Source of the DNA: Epiperipatus broadwayi
Taxonomy: Eukaryota > Animalia > Onychophora
Assembly: GCA_028023455.1 (NCBI GenBank)
Contig: JAQFVV010000009.1
Coordinates: 10,478,001 to 10,542,000, forward strand
Length of the DNA: 64,000 bases
Direction of reading: 5' to 3'
Position numbers and translations under genes: made by a program. Positions within the stretch are counted from its first letter, which is position 1, and every line of letters starts with the position of its first letter. Of the stretch, positions 38,001 to 51,521 are shown one piece after another. Under the pieces are notes generated by a model. It was not told the DNA's origin, did no database searches, and saw only the letters and a program-made list of their open reading frames with translations.

Positions 38001-41000
38001 CAGTTGAATTAAAGAACTTCGCCACAAATCTATATTTCATCTTGATATGGGCTTTATAAAATTGATTATAGTTTAAAGATTGTTATGTAAAAGTGCAAAA
38101 TAAAATTGTATCTAAGATATATCCTTGTTCAATATTAGTTTGAATTTCAAATGCCTCATATTTCACAACTAATAATAATAATCAAACAGTTTACTACTTG
38201 GGATGTCATCAGAAAGTTCAAGGGCCCCGGATCTCCCAAGTCTGCTTCTCTATTATTTCATCATACCGTGCAGGCCACAATCAGAAATAAATGCTATCCC
38301 GTTTAATTTAAATGGTACATTAATTTATAGTATTTTTTTATAAAGCAATTTTTTAAATAATTTTTTTATTAATAAAATCTATTCTGATAAATAAATATTT
38401 CTTTCCATTCTCTTCTGAAAAAAGTTTTTTTGAAAATATTAATGTTTTACTGTGCTAAGTAAATTGGAAATTAATGTTATTAGAATAATTCTGAAGATTC
38501 TATAAATACATCTTTTATTTAAGTTTGATGTAGTTTAACTTTCTTCAGTGTTTTTAATAGTCTGCGTTTTATTTTTAATGACTATTTATTATCTTAATTA
38601 GTTTAATTAAAACTCTTTAGGAGCCACTTTAAAGTTTTTATTATTGTTTGCTTTAAAGGATTAGAGTTGATTACCACAAACAAATTAGTTTTTAAATTAA
38701 AAAAAAACAAAACTATGATTATATTAAATTGAAAAATATTACTTCTTAAATGACTAATGAATATCATCTCTAATTTAAGTACTAAGCTTTTTCTAAATTT
38801 TTGTAAGTTTACCAGAAATTTATTATCAAAGAAATACAAAAGTAAATATGTATATAGGAGTACATATAAAATGTTTTCCATAATATATTAATTAATGCAA
38901 TTGGTTGCCATTCGCATTTTTGGACATTCGAACCCAATTGACTAAAACTTGAAAAAAAAATTATACGGTTCAGAATGATTTCGTTTGTTTTTTTTCACAT
39001 TATTAATCCGTAGATTATTCAACTAGTCAGTCATTCAATATTGTTTGAAATTTGGATGCATGACTGTTCTTAGCTAGGGCGTGTAACTTGTAGTTCGCAA
39101 GTCTCATGAGTAATGCTGGTTTGGAGGCTGATGAAAAGATTTTGCTCTGTGGTGAATTATTTAAAGGGCAGTTTATCTTTTTTTTTTTTTTTTAATACAT
39201 ATATACTAATAAAAATACCCCCTCCTTTTAGTTATTTTCTTATATTTATAAAAAGTTGCATCAGTGAGTTCTTTGAATTGATCATAACATTATTCACATG
39301 GAAAGATGAATTTGGATAGATGTCATGAATAAAAATATTTGTGCACACATACCTGAATTGATAAAATGTCCAGGAACTTGTACTGCATTTTATATAAATT
39401 GAAAGGTTTAATGCAAAAATCTGGAATAAATACATAGATAATTGAATTGTTTTCTGTAAAACAATTCTTTGAAATAGTGATAATAGTTATGAAAATATAT
39501 TTAATAGTTGCAAATATATACATATATTATCCATACACGATGACTACTATTATTAGTTATTTTCCAAAAGACAAGTTCCACACATTAAAGTAGAACACAC
39601 CCAATCCTTACCTCTTTTGCTTGATGTTTCAAATATTCAATTTTTTTTTCAGACTTTTTGGTTCTACTAAACCATTCTCAATATTTCTATATGTTTTTAA
39701 TATTTTTGAAAAAAATTATTGATAATGTAGTTATATACAGAGTCAGTTTTAAATAGCTATAATTTATTCAACAATATATATTCAAATAAATTTGCATGTT
39801 TATAAGCCATGAATATTTTTAAATGAATTTTATTGCATAATTTATATTGGATCTTTGTTCTTTTATATTTTTAAATGAATCCTTCATTTCCTAATCTAAA
39901 TGACAGTGTTCATTTTGAAAATCTGTTTTGATTATTTGTTGAAAATAAGAATGAAATATAACCAACATATATAACATCTTTTTGGAATAGAGCAAATAGA
40001 ACAAGTAAATACTCCTAAAAGCATATGTTTGCAGACAAAATCCACACCAACCTAGTCAAAGATGTCAATTGTTAACAAATTATTAACTACTTGCATTAAA
40101 ATTACTGGTCTAGTGTCAGTTCAATCCAACTATGCAAGGATGCTGGTTTGGATTTAAAATCTCAGGGTACTTTTTTCAATTTTCAAGTTATTAGTTTATA
40201 ATATAAAGGTTAAAACTAGTTATAAAAACTTATTAGAACCAAAGCTTCTCACTGAAAGAAGCCATAACCTAGTTTGGAGATATGAAAATAATAACACTTC
40301 TATGTAATATCTATTGATTACTCAAGCTTATAATATATGATTCTACATTAGAATAGATACATTGAATTTTTGCTCTAAAAGCATATGTAAACAGAGAAAG
40401 TCATATGGTATATACCTATATTTTCTGATAGCATTTAAAAGTCAATCAACAGGTATCAATTGGTAATACTAAAACCAGAATAAATGTTAAGTACTGTATA
40501 ATATAAAGCACTAAGATTAAAAAATTTATGACAGTTTTATAATGCTCTCTAACATTGCAATTGTGTTTCCTTCTTTTTTAACTCATCTTTGTCCCTTCAT
40601 TGAGACTTATACATTTGAAAATGTATTAAGCCAATTTTGTCTCAGTTGAGATCGATTAAATTTAACAATTTGATAAAGCATAATTATAATATATACATAA
40701 AAGTGTTATATTTTTTTTATTATAAATTTATGTGATTTTACATTTTAAACAAAATATGATAATGTGTTTGTAATTATCATACATATATAAAATTTAAGTA
40801 TAAATAAATAGTTATTATCTTAGTTTATTTTCTTTTTGTTTGTTTACTCATACTGATAAACTTGTTTTAAGCTACAAAATTAATTATCTTTGATTACTTT
40901 AAACTAGTTAATTTCTGCTGTTTTTGAATTTTGATGTGAATTTGCACTTAGAAAAAAGCCAACAACATCTGTTTGTTTTCATAAATTGTTTGAGAAAAGG

Positions 41001-41689
41001 AAAATTTAATGACAACTTAGTCAATTGGAGTTGTAAAGCCAGTTGAAGTATTAAATTAGTTGAGAACTCAGAAGTCACTAAGTAGTAAGATTATGTAAGC
41101 AAGCTTTGTAAATTAATACATTCTATAGGTATGATGTTTAGCTTTAAAAAACTCTTTTTGACCTGATTTTAAAAATTGACTTTTCTACATTGCTATATAC
41201 CACTAAACTAATTACTTATCTTCAAATTATTGAAATTAGAAACTTGAATAAAATTTGTAGAAAGAACTGTTAAATGCTGAACTTAGTTCTATTGATAAAT
41301 TTTATCAAGAAGAATATAAATAGAATGAAGGAACATGATTACAGATATATGTCTGTATTTACATTTTTGCATACCGTTATTAAATAGTGATTTGTTTTTA
41401 AAATTTGTTTAAGAAATTCAAACTGTTTATATAAAACTTGTATTTTATTTACTTAAAAACTTAAAACACTTCTATAACTTTTTTTCAATTGAAACATTGT
41501 CATTGAGGATTTTTGGAACTAAATGTAGTTTTGTTTGTGATTTTTTTTGTCATTGATTCAATTTAATATTTTTTAATCTTTTTAGTTATTTGTATCTGCT
41601 CGTTGGTTTATTGTTAAAAACTTTTAAAAATAGTTTTAAAATTTTGTATAAGAATTTTTCTTACATAAACTCACTGTACAGGAAAATTC

Positions 41690-42010
41690 GTAATCACTGA
41701 ATATATCATTCTTTGGGCACTTAAGAAGAATAAGAAATGTACTATTACTTTTGACGGGTGTTGGAAAAGATTGATTAGACTGATACAAATCCTAAGAAAA
41801 ATTAACCAATGGATATTTGAAAGACCATGTTACAATTATCTCATTTTGGCGACATGATGAAATGATTAATTTTTCTTTTCTGGTAGATTATAAGAAGGAT
41901 GAAACTAGAAATGAAAGGGATAAAATCCAGCATTACTTACAATAAATGTTATTGAGAATCCTGAAAAGCCAAATTGCCCTCTTGCATATATAGATATGTG
42001 TGAGCATAAA
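41690..42010 (+). mobile_element. Possible Crypton/DUF3504 tyrosine-recombinase remnant
   Basis: FFGHLR.. upstream and VIENPEKPNCPLAY downstream resemble the F.LRG..E and ENP.NP.RCPV..Y motifs. Frameshifted. Confidence 0.35.
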
Positions 42011-43978
42011 TTTTAAGACTTAGATTCTATGCACATGCTTTTTTTAAAATATATATATATTACAAACAATGATCTAGTATGTGAACAGATAAAGTTTTAT
42101 GCTCATTTATCTTGACATAAGAAAGAAGTCTAAAATTAATTGAAGTATTGAACTTGTAAAACGTTGTTGTAGGTGTGGCCTTGTTAAGAATTAAAAATTG
42201 AGTTGACGAAAGAAGTTGGCCGATTAACTGATAGATATTTATATTAATGTGTGTGCTTTTTTTTTTTTATTTTGTCGTTGTTTTTATATATATGAAATTA
42301 AAATTTTGACGTTTAACTTATAGCATGAATAATGTTGAGTAAATGGTTTAATCGCAATATTATTTTTATCTCTAAAATAATTTCACTTTATTGCATTTGT
42401 GTTGTAATAATTTTTTTATTCTCATTATTATTTTTTGAAGCTGGCTGAGATATTTTTAGATATTTTCTAGAGCAAAATAAGCATTCATAAGATAATGAGT
42501 GACATATAATGAATGATTTTTAAAGTACATTTTATAATTCATTGTTGTCTTTATATCATTTTACCTCTTTTTTATTTGCTAACTAAATATACGAATAGTT
42601 AGTTCACCATCCTTCTACGAGAAATCTAGTTCTTTGAATGATTCTCAGTTTTTGAACAAGTGTATCAATTCTCATAAAACGCTAAACTTTTAAAATGAAA
42701 CACAGACAGAATTGAATAAAACTGTATTTAATATTTGACAGAAACAATTCTTTCCTTCATTTTGCTTTTGAGCTATCCAGGCAAACATGAAGGTTAGATT
42801 CTGGATATTATTTTTCTGCTCTAGAAAACACAGTTTTATATTGCAGAAAACATTATAGATATTTAATAATTTGGGCCACTGGTTTGAATAGCATTATAGT
42901 AAAGGTAATACATAAGTTCTAGAAGTATTTAGTGCATCACCTACTATGTAGCATCATTTTGTTTCTACTATCTAGTAATATTTGACTTCTTATATTTATA
43001 TAATGACTCAAAGCCACGTAGCTTAATTATTGCTAGTAATTACAGGATAAATATAAGTTTGAAGTATCATGAATTAATTTGATTTCATTTATACATATTA
43101 TGCAATTAGGAATTATAGATTACGTTATTTTTATTTTCTAAATACCCACAAAAATTAGGACGTAAGCAGTAAATGTATTATGATGTCAAAGTATATTTAT
43201 GACTGAAAAGAGTATTATTGATATGTGAATAAAATAAACTATTTGGATTGAACTCAGAGATTCTTTTGGATTATTCTACTTAAATACTTATACAAATTAT
43301 ACTTAAAATTAATACAATTTTTTTTAAATTTTTAGAATGTATATATAATTGGTGCTTATGGTTTTGAAATAATATATTTTCTTACAACATCTGCAACTAT
43401 TAAGATCAAAACATACCAGAAGATGTTGAAACTTTTAAACAACACAGTCAATAGTATAATGAAAATTAAAAGGCAACTATTGTTCAGAACAATTACTCGA
43501 TTAAAGGTCATTTTATCAGAAACTAGTCATAGAATTATGCAAGAATTGATTCCATCTAGTATCCATTTACTATTTAATGCTTATATGTGAAGGAAGATGT
43601 ATATATATATATGTTAGGTATAGTTAAACTTTTATCCCATCACTCATTTTGAAAAATATAACTAAAGACACCTTACAAAGATTTACACTTTTTATCTGGG
43701 TTGGAAATAATATGATAATCTTTAGCATAATAAATGGTTAGTAATAATCATTAATATATTTATGTAATATTTACTGAGGCTATAACATCGATAATATGCA
43801 TATAAAATGCGATGTAAACTGGATGATGTCAAAAGTAATGAGTTCAGGAAATTTGATGCTTGTACATTTGTTGAAATTATGGCTTGTACATCTTAAAAAC
43901 AGTGCCACTCAGTGCCAGCCAGAGTAATCAATGGATGCCAGAAGGCTTGTGCATAAAATCTCCATCTAGTGCTTACTC

Positions 43979-44037
43979 ATCCAATATCCCCAGACTAGTT
44001 TCTGGCTTGTGGCCTTCATCAGTGAGGAGCCTTGGAT
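43979..44037 (-). ncRNA. Type I hammerhead ribozyme, near-canonical
   Basis: Minus strand: atccaa-ggc-tcctca CTGATGA a GGC cacaa GCC a GAAAC TA GTC^ tgggga-ta-ttggat. Stem I is 6+6 bp with an internal loop; palindromic stem III ACTAGT. Confidence 0.85.
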
Positions 44038-44689
44038 CTGAGAGCACTGCACTTAGATCTTAGGATCTAATATTTATAGATGGAAGTAAACATCTTTTCT
44101 TAGTATAAGATAATTATATATAATTGATTTTACTAGTTTTTTCTTAAAGTATAAGTCAATAAAACAAATATAATCATTCAATTTAGTGATAAACTTATAT
44201 AGATCTGAAGGCTGATTGACTTGGATTTAAAACTTTTGGTACTGTGTTTTCAAACAATTGACATAAATAGTGAAGTTAAAATTGATCACTGAATGAGGAA
44301 CAGAGCAAATCCAGAGTCTTCTAGTAGAAGAGGATTGTTTATAAATTAAACTATAGGGAAAATCAATGTAAAATCATTATTATTTATTATTCATTGAATA
44401 GCACACATACATATATACATGACATAGAATTCAATGATTATGATGAATATAATTTTATATCCAATGATCTCACTCATATAATATATCATTCCATTAAATA
44501 TATAAATAATCAAATACAACTTCAAAATTATTAAATTGGCTTTCACCATTTTCATGCTATACACATTGTCATTTAAAAATAATATTAAGTAGGATAGATC
44601 AAACTATTTATTAAAATTACAGCATTCTCTTAATTGAATGCTGATGACAACTATTATCAACTCACTGAATTTAATTCTGTACTCTGATC

Positions 44690-45930
44690 AATGTTTTTCT
44701 GCACCAATTTAATAAACTTTCTTATTTATTCATTTATTTCAAAATCTCTTACAATTATTTGATATCCAATTTTATACTCAATTATTCATCTATTATCAAC
44801 TTTTCTAGCAATAGGTTCAATTCAGCTCTGTTTTAATTTCTGCATTTTTTTTAGAGATGTTAGTTTTATATATTTGTTTTCTCATTCAAAGATTTTACTT
44901 TTGATCTTTTTTTTATTAATTCTAACATGAATCAATTTAATAAAATACTTTGTTGTGAGGTCACAGTTTGTTTTCAAGCATGTAAGTTATTTCTATTAAA
45001 AGCAATTGCAGCCAAGCTAATTATATGATATAATTAGAATATTTATTATTTGTTTTAGTTCAGTACTATCAATGTTTGCTTTTTTATTTTTTAAAAAGTC
45101 TCTGAGTATTACTTTAGAGTTTTTAGCATTTATCTTTTCTTTTATTTCCATGATTTTCTCTCATAGCTCATATAACATTTTTGTACAAAATCTAGATAAC
45201 TTAAGTTATCTATATTTATTTATTTATTTTCTTTTAATTTTCATTTTAATTCACAAAATATTTTCAGTAAAACTGCTATAAAAAAGTTTTGGAGAAATAG
45301 AATTGATCTTTAATAGTTCATTACAAATATCAATCTTCTTAGTAACTTCATATTTTCTGATCATAGCTATTGCATTTTGTTAAATATTTTTCAGAATGTG
45401 ATAGTATTCCTGAATCTATATCTTAAGATGTTACAAAGCTTTAATCTTTACAGAAATGCTAATAGAATCAAATCATTTCTCATAATCTACAAATCTATTG
45501 CAAAAGTCCAATTTAAAATCACTATTTCTTTATATTATTTTTCTTAATATTTGAATATTGTCTACTGTATTGTATCTATTTTTGAATCCAGATTTTTTAG
45601 TAGTCTGTGTTAATGTTTATTTGTGTAATGATCTGTACAGAATTGTTAGAAGACTTATAGTTTTTTTATTTATAATATCTTCTGTTCATCTTTCTTAAAT
45701 GTCAATAACCTAACTACAGACTTTCAGTAATCTGATATATCTTTATCACTTAGATATTTATAAATATCCCATTTAATATTATATACATTTTCTTTCAATA
45801 CATGTAATGTTTCTTCACTTGAAAGTTGTTTACCCTACTTTTATCATGGATTTATAATTCCTCAATTCTTAGCATCTTCCTTACAGTATTATACTTTTTA
45901 CAATAGCAGCATCACTAAAAAAGGTATTAG
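44690..45930 (-). mobile_element. Older RTE-clade LINE RT fragment
   Basis: Minus strand aligns with 55400-56700, e.g. ctataagtcttctaacaattctgtac, tctggattcaaaaatagatacaatac, tttgtagattatgagaaatgatttgattctat. Confidence 0.7.
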
Positions 45931-47751
45931 AATTATTGTCTTTTTACATATTTAAGATCATCCAATGTTTAATGTAATAGTTAGAAGTATGGTTATTACT
46001 TTTTATGGACATAAAATTGATAAAAGGAAATGGGAATATTTAAATAATTCAATAATGTTGAATAAAATATAACAAAAAACTTTCTGAGATGTATGCTGAT
46101 AATAATTTGATATAATATATTTTAAGAATAAATCATTGGTGAATCACTTTAGAATTAAAATAAAATTGTAAAAGAGAGAGGAAAAAAAATACAAAAAATT
46201 AAAAGATAAGTTTTGTGATGATTATACAAAGAATATGTGATGCAGAAATACATCTATATCCAATGCTTTCTAATGTCTTCTAAAACAATTTCTCTTTACA
46301 GACTCATTTTAGTTTTTTTTATCATATTCTATTTTTAAGCATATTCTTTCAATAAAAACACTCAATTTTATATTTAAGAGTGTCTTTAAGATAAACTTTA
46401 TAACATAGATCATATTTATCTATCCTCCAAGTTTATCATAAAATATTTTTTTAGAAAGTTTATTACTCTTCATCTGTTTTGCATATCCAATCAAATATTT
46501 TCATGCTTTTACAATTCCAGATTCAATTTAATCATATCTAGCAAGCTGAAGATCACTTTAAGTTATATTATGATCTTTCCAACAAACTTTCATAACATTG
46601 TGGATTTTCTTTTTAAAAAATCCACTGCCATTCTGGTATATATATCAATGAGTCCATGTCTCACTCTAATATAATAAATTTGGCAAACTGAGGTAACTAG
46701 GCAATAGATTATTATAACAAAATGATAAAACCCTTAAATTTGTTATTCCTATCATCCATTAAATACAATTTATTCTAATATCTTAATTTTTAGAATTAAA
46801 TTATACTAATACTTGCTAATAGAAGTGATATGTGGATGTGTGTTATGTCAATTTCTTGAATAATACAAATAAAAAGCTCTTCTTTATTTCTTTTTCCATA
46901 AATCTCACTTAATATCCATATATAGTGGATATTTCTTATGTCTAATCTCGTAGAGAAAACCTGAATTTTTGCTATTTTATACTTTCACATGGAGTTAGTA
47001 CATACTGCTGATGAGACAAGGGAAATTGACTTGTTAGAAATGAATTTTTGGATTTAATGACAGTTTCTACTGTTAATATTACCATAAACTACAATCTTTT
47101 CATTGGTCAGATAGGATAGATTGTGCAAAAGTACTCTATTTGCACTTAAGATTTTCTATTTTATTTATCTATAACAAAAATAAGGAGCAAATGTAGTCGA
47201 AAAAAACATTATAAGAACATTTACAAAATTTTATCCACATAATGTAAAAGCTATTATGCAATGTGATTTATCTGATGAAAATTTCTAAGTTTTTGGATTC
47301 ATAAACTAAAATTCCAAGTTTATACCCTATAGCAATGAAAATTATAATATAAAAAAGTGACTTTAAGTTTTCTGTCTTTTAACTTTTTTAAACTTCTGAT
47401 AATATGGCATGGATAAATATTTGTTATATAGAAATTTTTAGTAGAAACTATTAAGCTGCATTAGATGTTCTTCAAACTTGTAAGAACAAAGATCAGATAA
47501 CAAAACTTCATTACAATGAAAGGAAAAATATGTAAATAAAAATATATTGTTTTAAAAAAATCTTTGTAGCAAATGATAAAAAGGAATTTGCCAATGATCT
47601 TGATTTTTTGTAGTATTCCTATATTAAGATAACTATTATTAAGACATAATGTCAAGTTGATAGCAATCTTAAAAAAAGTTTGCTGCTTCAGAATGATCAA
47701 TTATATTCTTAGTTTTGATACTGCTCATTATTATGATGACAGAGGCTATAG

Positions 47752-50066
47752 TAAGATTACCAGATGCCTATATTTCATATGGATAATCTGTATTTTGAAG
47801 GTCTTGTCTGTGTCCATACCATATTTTAAAAAATAAACAAAATGTCAGTATTTATGAAAATGGCATATAATATGTCAGCATGTTTAAAAATTCTGTATTA
47901 TCAGTCAATTTCAAACCAGGAAAAAACTTATAATATTGATTACATTTTTGTGCTGATTTGTATTTAATGATTCAAATCCATAACAAAAGAAATATCTAAA
48001 AGAAAGTGTCATTTTAATGTAGAAATACAGAATGAATATAAATGTCTAAAGCCAAAACATGATATAAAAATTATGATATTGTGCTTTGTTCCACATGTAA
48101 TAATAAGTTTACTCTGAAATTTGGAGAAAAAAGAAATATCATTAATTATATAAACTCTTTAAAACATCAGAAGACTGAAAAAACAAGTAATGTAAGTCTT
48201 TTGAAGTATTTTTTTCAAAACAAAGAAATGAAATGTGATGATTATACTCATGTGGCTAGAAAAGCTACATTTGATTATATAATTATACATCAATAAAATT
48301 TAAAATTATCTGAATGCCAGTCAAAATTCATTTAAAAATTTTATGATTTAAAATATTGCAGTGCTAGAAACAGAAGTTATAACTAATAATGTAATTGCAT
48401 CTTTTATAATGGATCAAGCACAAAAAGAGTTAAATCTTGCCAATTTTGTTGTTATTTTTATAGATGCATCCAATAGATTGATTTGATTTAAAACTTGTAC
48501 TTGTGTTAATTAGGATATTTATTCCACAAACTAAATTAAAGTCTGGCTTGATGATTTGATATGAGAGGCATCAGACATTTTAACTGAACATATAATCAAA
48601 ATTCTTAAAAAATTTGATTTAAAAATATATATTTTATTGTGCAGTAGCACAAATTTTTTTTTGGAAAAGTGTGATGAAAAGGTAAAAATAATGTTCATAC
48701 AAAATTATAACAAAAAGTCAGCAGAAAACTTCTAGGTATTGAGTATCCAGCCCATATTGTGTGTGCATAATTGTGTACAGAATGGTGTTGATAAACTACA
48801 TTTTGATATAGAAATGGGCATAATGAAATAAGTAGATATTTTCACATTTATACAATCAGAATGGAGAAATTAAAAGAATTTTGAAAATTTTTGGACATTG
48901 AGTACAAAAAACTGTTGTCACATAGTACAAGTCTATTATTAGCCCTTCATAGAATTTTTTTAATTTAAGAAGGACAAATCTTTTTTTTTTTTCTTAATCT
49001 GGGAATTCTTGTCAGAAATTAATAAGAGTTTTTGAAAATCACTCTATGAATTGTTAGCTTTATTTATTAATGGCAATCTTCAAAATTTCCAAAAAATTAC
49101 TATTATTTTTGAAAGAAATGAAATTTTGACTGCAGAAGTAATACGAGGAGTTAAAAATAAAATTAAAAGCTGGAAAATTTTATAAATTTATTCCTCAGCT
49201 TTGTAAATAAATATTTAGATGTCTCTCTATGTAAATGAAGGATCTGTAAACAAAGGAGATTTTGAAAGTCATGTTTTAAGCTTATATGCCCAGATGATTG
49301 CAGAAAATTTTTCATGGATAAAAATAAATCAGGATTTTGAGCTTTAATGGTCAACTGTTGAAGAATCAGCAGAATTTATCAATTCAATTCTATTTGAAGA
49401 ATTGGTTATTAATATAGACAAAACTTTTGATGAAATTTCAATTATAAAAATAGTACTACAAGATTTAAAACAAAGAATTGAGAAAAGTAAACAGGAAATA
49501 GGAAATATCAAATCTTTTAAGAATATTACTTCTAATATTACTGATTTATGGATTGAAGTATTCAAAATGTTTTAAAAAAATGGAAGTGAATGTCCTAACT
49601 TCATAAAATTATTAGAATTCATCTTTGTCTACCAGAATCTACAGCACCAGTTGAGTGAGTTTTTTATCATGAGAAATGTTTAATCTAATATTGGAAACAG
49701 ATTGTTAGTACAAAAAACTAAACAACTATTACAAATAAAAATAAATGCAGATGTTAATTTTGAAATAATTAAAATGATAAAGTTTAGTTAAAACAAATTT
49801 ACTCTAATAAAAAATATGACTAGTTAAAAAATAATAATAATAATTTTGTTCAAATTGAAAATTAATATTTTTGTTCAATGTTTTGATTTGTTCAATAAAT
49901 ATTATTATTTGGTTTCAGAATATTATTACTAAATGTTGTAAATTTTATTTTTATTTTGTTCCAATGTAAATATTTATTAAATATGATGGCTCTATCATCA
50001 AGATTGGTAAGTTTTGTTGAAAGTTTTTTTTTTATTTTTCATAGAATTGAAAATCTGGTAATCTTA
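47752..50066 (+). mobile_element. Near full-length decayed hAT-superfamily transposon
   Basis: Perfect inverted tagtaagattaccagat (47749-47765) / atctggtaatcttacta (50053-50069). Internal frameshifted motifs CSTC..F, IDASNR, LGIE.PAHIV..NC, LK.F...EYKKLLSHST, F...ESTAPVE. No clean TSD. Confidence 0.85.
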
Positions 50067-50276
50067 CTATTAAACTCTTTCACCACCAACCCTTCCATTC
50101 ATTAGATACTTTCTGTCTGCATCACATTATACCATGATATTACTAGAATAGGACAGTTTCAACCTGGTCTTTTGAGCTTCAAAAATAGTTTATATCTAAT
50201 TTGATCAAATCTTCATTTATTCATTTTTATTGACCAACATAAATACTTGAAAGATTTTGCTAAAAATATGAGAAAT

Positions 50277-50690
50277 ATGAATAATATTTCTTTAATGTAA
50301 TTTTCACATCACTCTTATGCAAGATAGGGACTGGTTTCTATTCACTTTTTACACACTGTGGAGGGATGTAATCACAAACATTGACCAAAGACATTTGAAA
50401 AAGATCTATCATCCCCAAGATATACATTTCATGCTGAACCAGCACTTTTTAGTTGGCCCAGATCACAGTCTCTTACAAATATCTTTATCAATATTGAGTA
50501 TACATATAGATAGCAAATTATTACAGTTTAATTGATAAGTGTCAAATGTGCTGCACTTTGATACAAATTATGTCTTTTGTCATATTTTTGTGATTACATC
50601 TCTCCACAAGATGTTAAAAGTGGATAGAAACAAGTCCCTATCTTATGTAAGAATTGCATAGTGAAAATTACATTAAAAAATATTATTCAT
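50277..50690. repeat. Inverted ~120-bp arms enclosing a fragment of the 469-bp family
   Basis: 50277-50397 is the reverse complement of 50564-50690. The centre contains catttcatgctgaaccagcac..agttggcccagatc. Both arms carry GAAAC-NN-GTC reading outward. Confidence 0.8.
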
Positions 50691-50950
50691 TATTGGTATA
50701 CATGAGAAATATATTTTTACTACAATTCTACCACCTATTGTGAGATTAAGTAATCATTAGATGTTGGAGTAGAATAAATTGCTCTAGACAAATATTGTAA
50801 CCTGGAGTCATATGATATTTTTGTAGTTTTATATTTAACTAAAATCATAGTGCAGAGGTATCAATACTTTTTCTATCCTTTTCAATGTCCAACTTTCAAA
50901 TGATCAGAAAGTCACAGAAAACTTCTTAAGATGAAATAATTCTAAGTTTT

Positions 50951-51521
50951 AAACAGAGATATTTTAAGTGCTGGCTCTGGCTAAGCATTTATCATAAAGC
51001 TTGTAGAGGAATTGGCAATCCTCACTGTTTATAACTTACAAGCTTAAGAGATAGGGTCATGTGATCTATGAATTGATCTATGACTCTTATTTTGACTATT
51101 TATAGTCTCTGCCAAAAGTCTTATGCAATTTATATTGCTATGACTACTAACATATGGTATGACTGAAGATCTATCAGCCCCATATAGCTATTTGAGTTGG
51201 ATAGCTGGTTTGAAGACATATAGATGTCTGAAATTTTCAGATTTTCCACTCCATAGATAACTTTTAATTAAGTGCTTGTCTTTGGGTTGGTATTTTTAGA
51301 TCTAGTGTCTGAACCTACCCTGACACCTCTCTGAGGAGTGCCAAAGCACGAAACCATGGTCAGGGGTTTGAGGAGGGGTTCCTGACAGAGATATTTTAAG
51401 TACTGGCTATGGCTAAGCATTTATCATAAAGCTTGTAGAGGAATTGGCAATCCTCACTGTTTATAACTTACAAGCTTAAGAGATAGAGTCATGTAATCTA
51501 TGACTCTTATTTTGACTATTT
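50951..51521 (+). mobile_element. Retrozyme-like insertion: 1.3 copies of a 432-bp HHR-containing unit with 15-bp TSD
   Basis: 50953-51104 is repeated at 51385-51524. Flanked by identical ATAATTCTAAGTTTT at 50936-50950 and 51522-51536. Non-coding; canonical HHR inside. Confidence 0.9.
51311..51381 (+). ncRNA. Canonical type I hammerhead ribozyme
   Basis: gaacct-ac-cc-tgac-acctct CTGAGGA GTGC caaa GCAC GAAAC CATG GTC^ aggggt-ttga-gg-ag-gggttc. All core nucleotides intact, 4-bp stem II, palindromic stem III ACCATGGT. Predicted cleavage after 51361. Confidence 0.95.

Noticed and set aside
39353-39680. Minus-strand exon candidates with strong donors (also 53463-53502, 28057-28152, 15369-15394)
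   Set aside because: Short AT-rich frames with ambiguous acceptors and no recognisable protein; they cannot be chained with confidence.
47000-47060. CTGATGA-GACAAG..CTTGTT-a-GAAA hammerhead-like motif
   Set aside because: No stem I complementarity and no valid NUH triplet.
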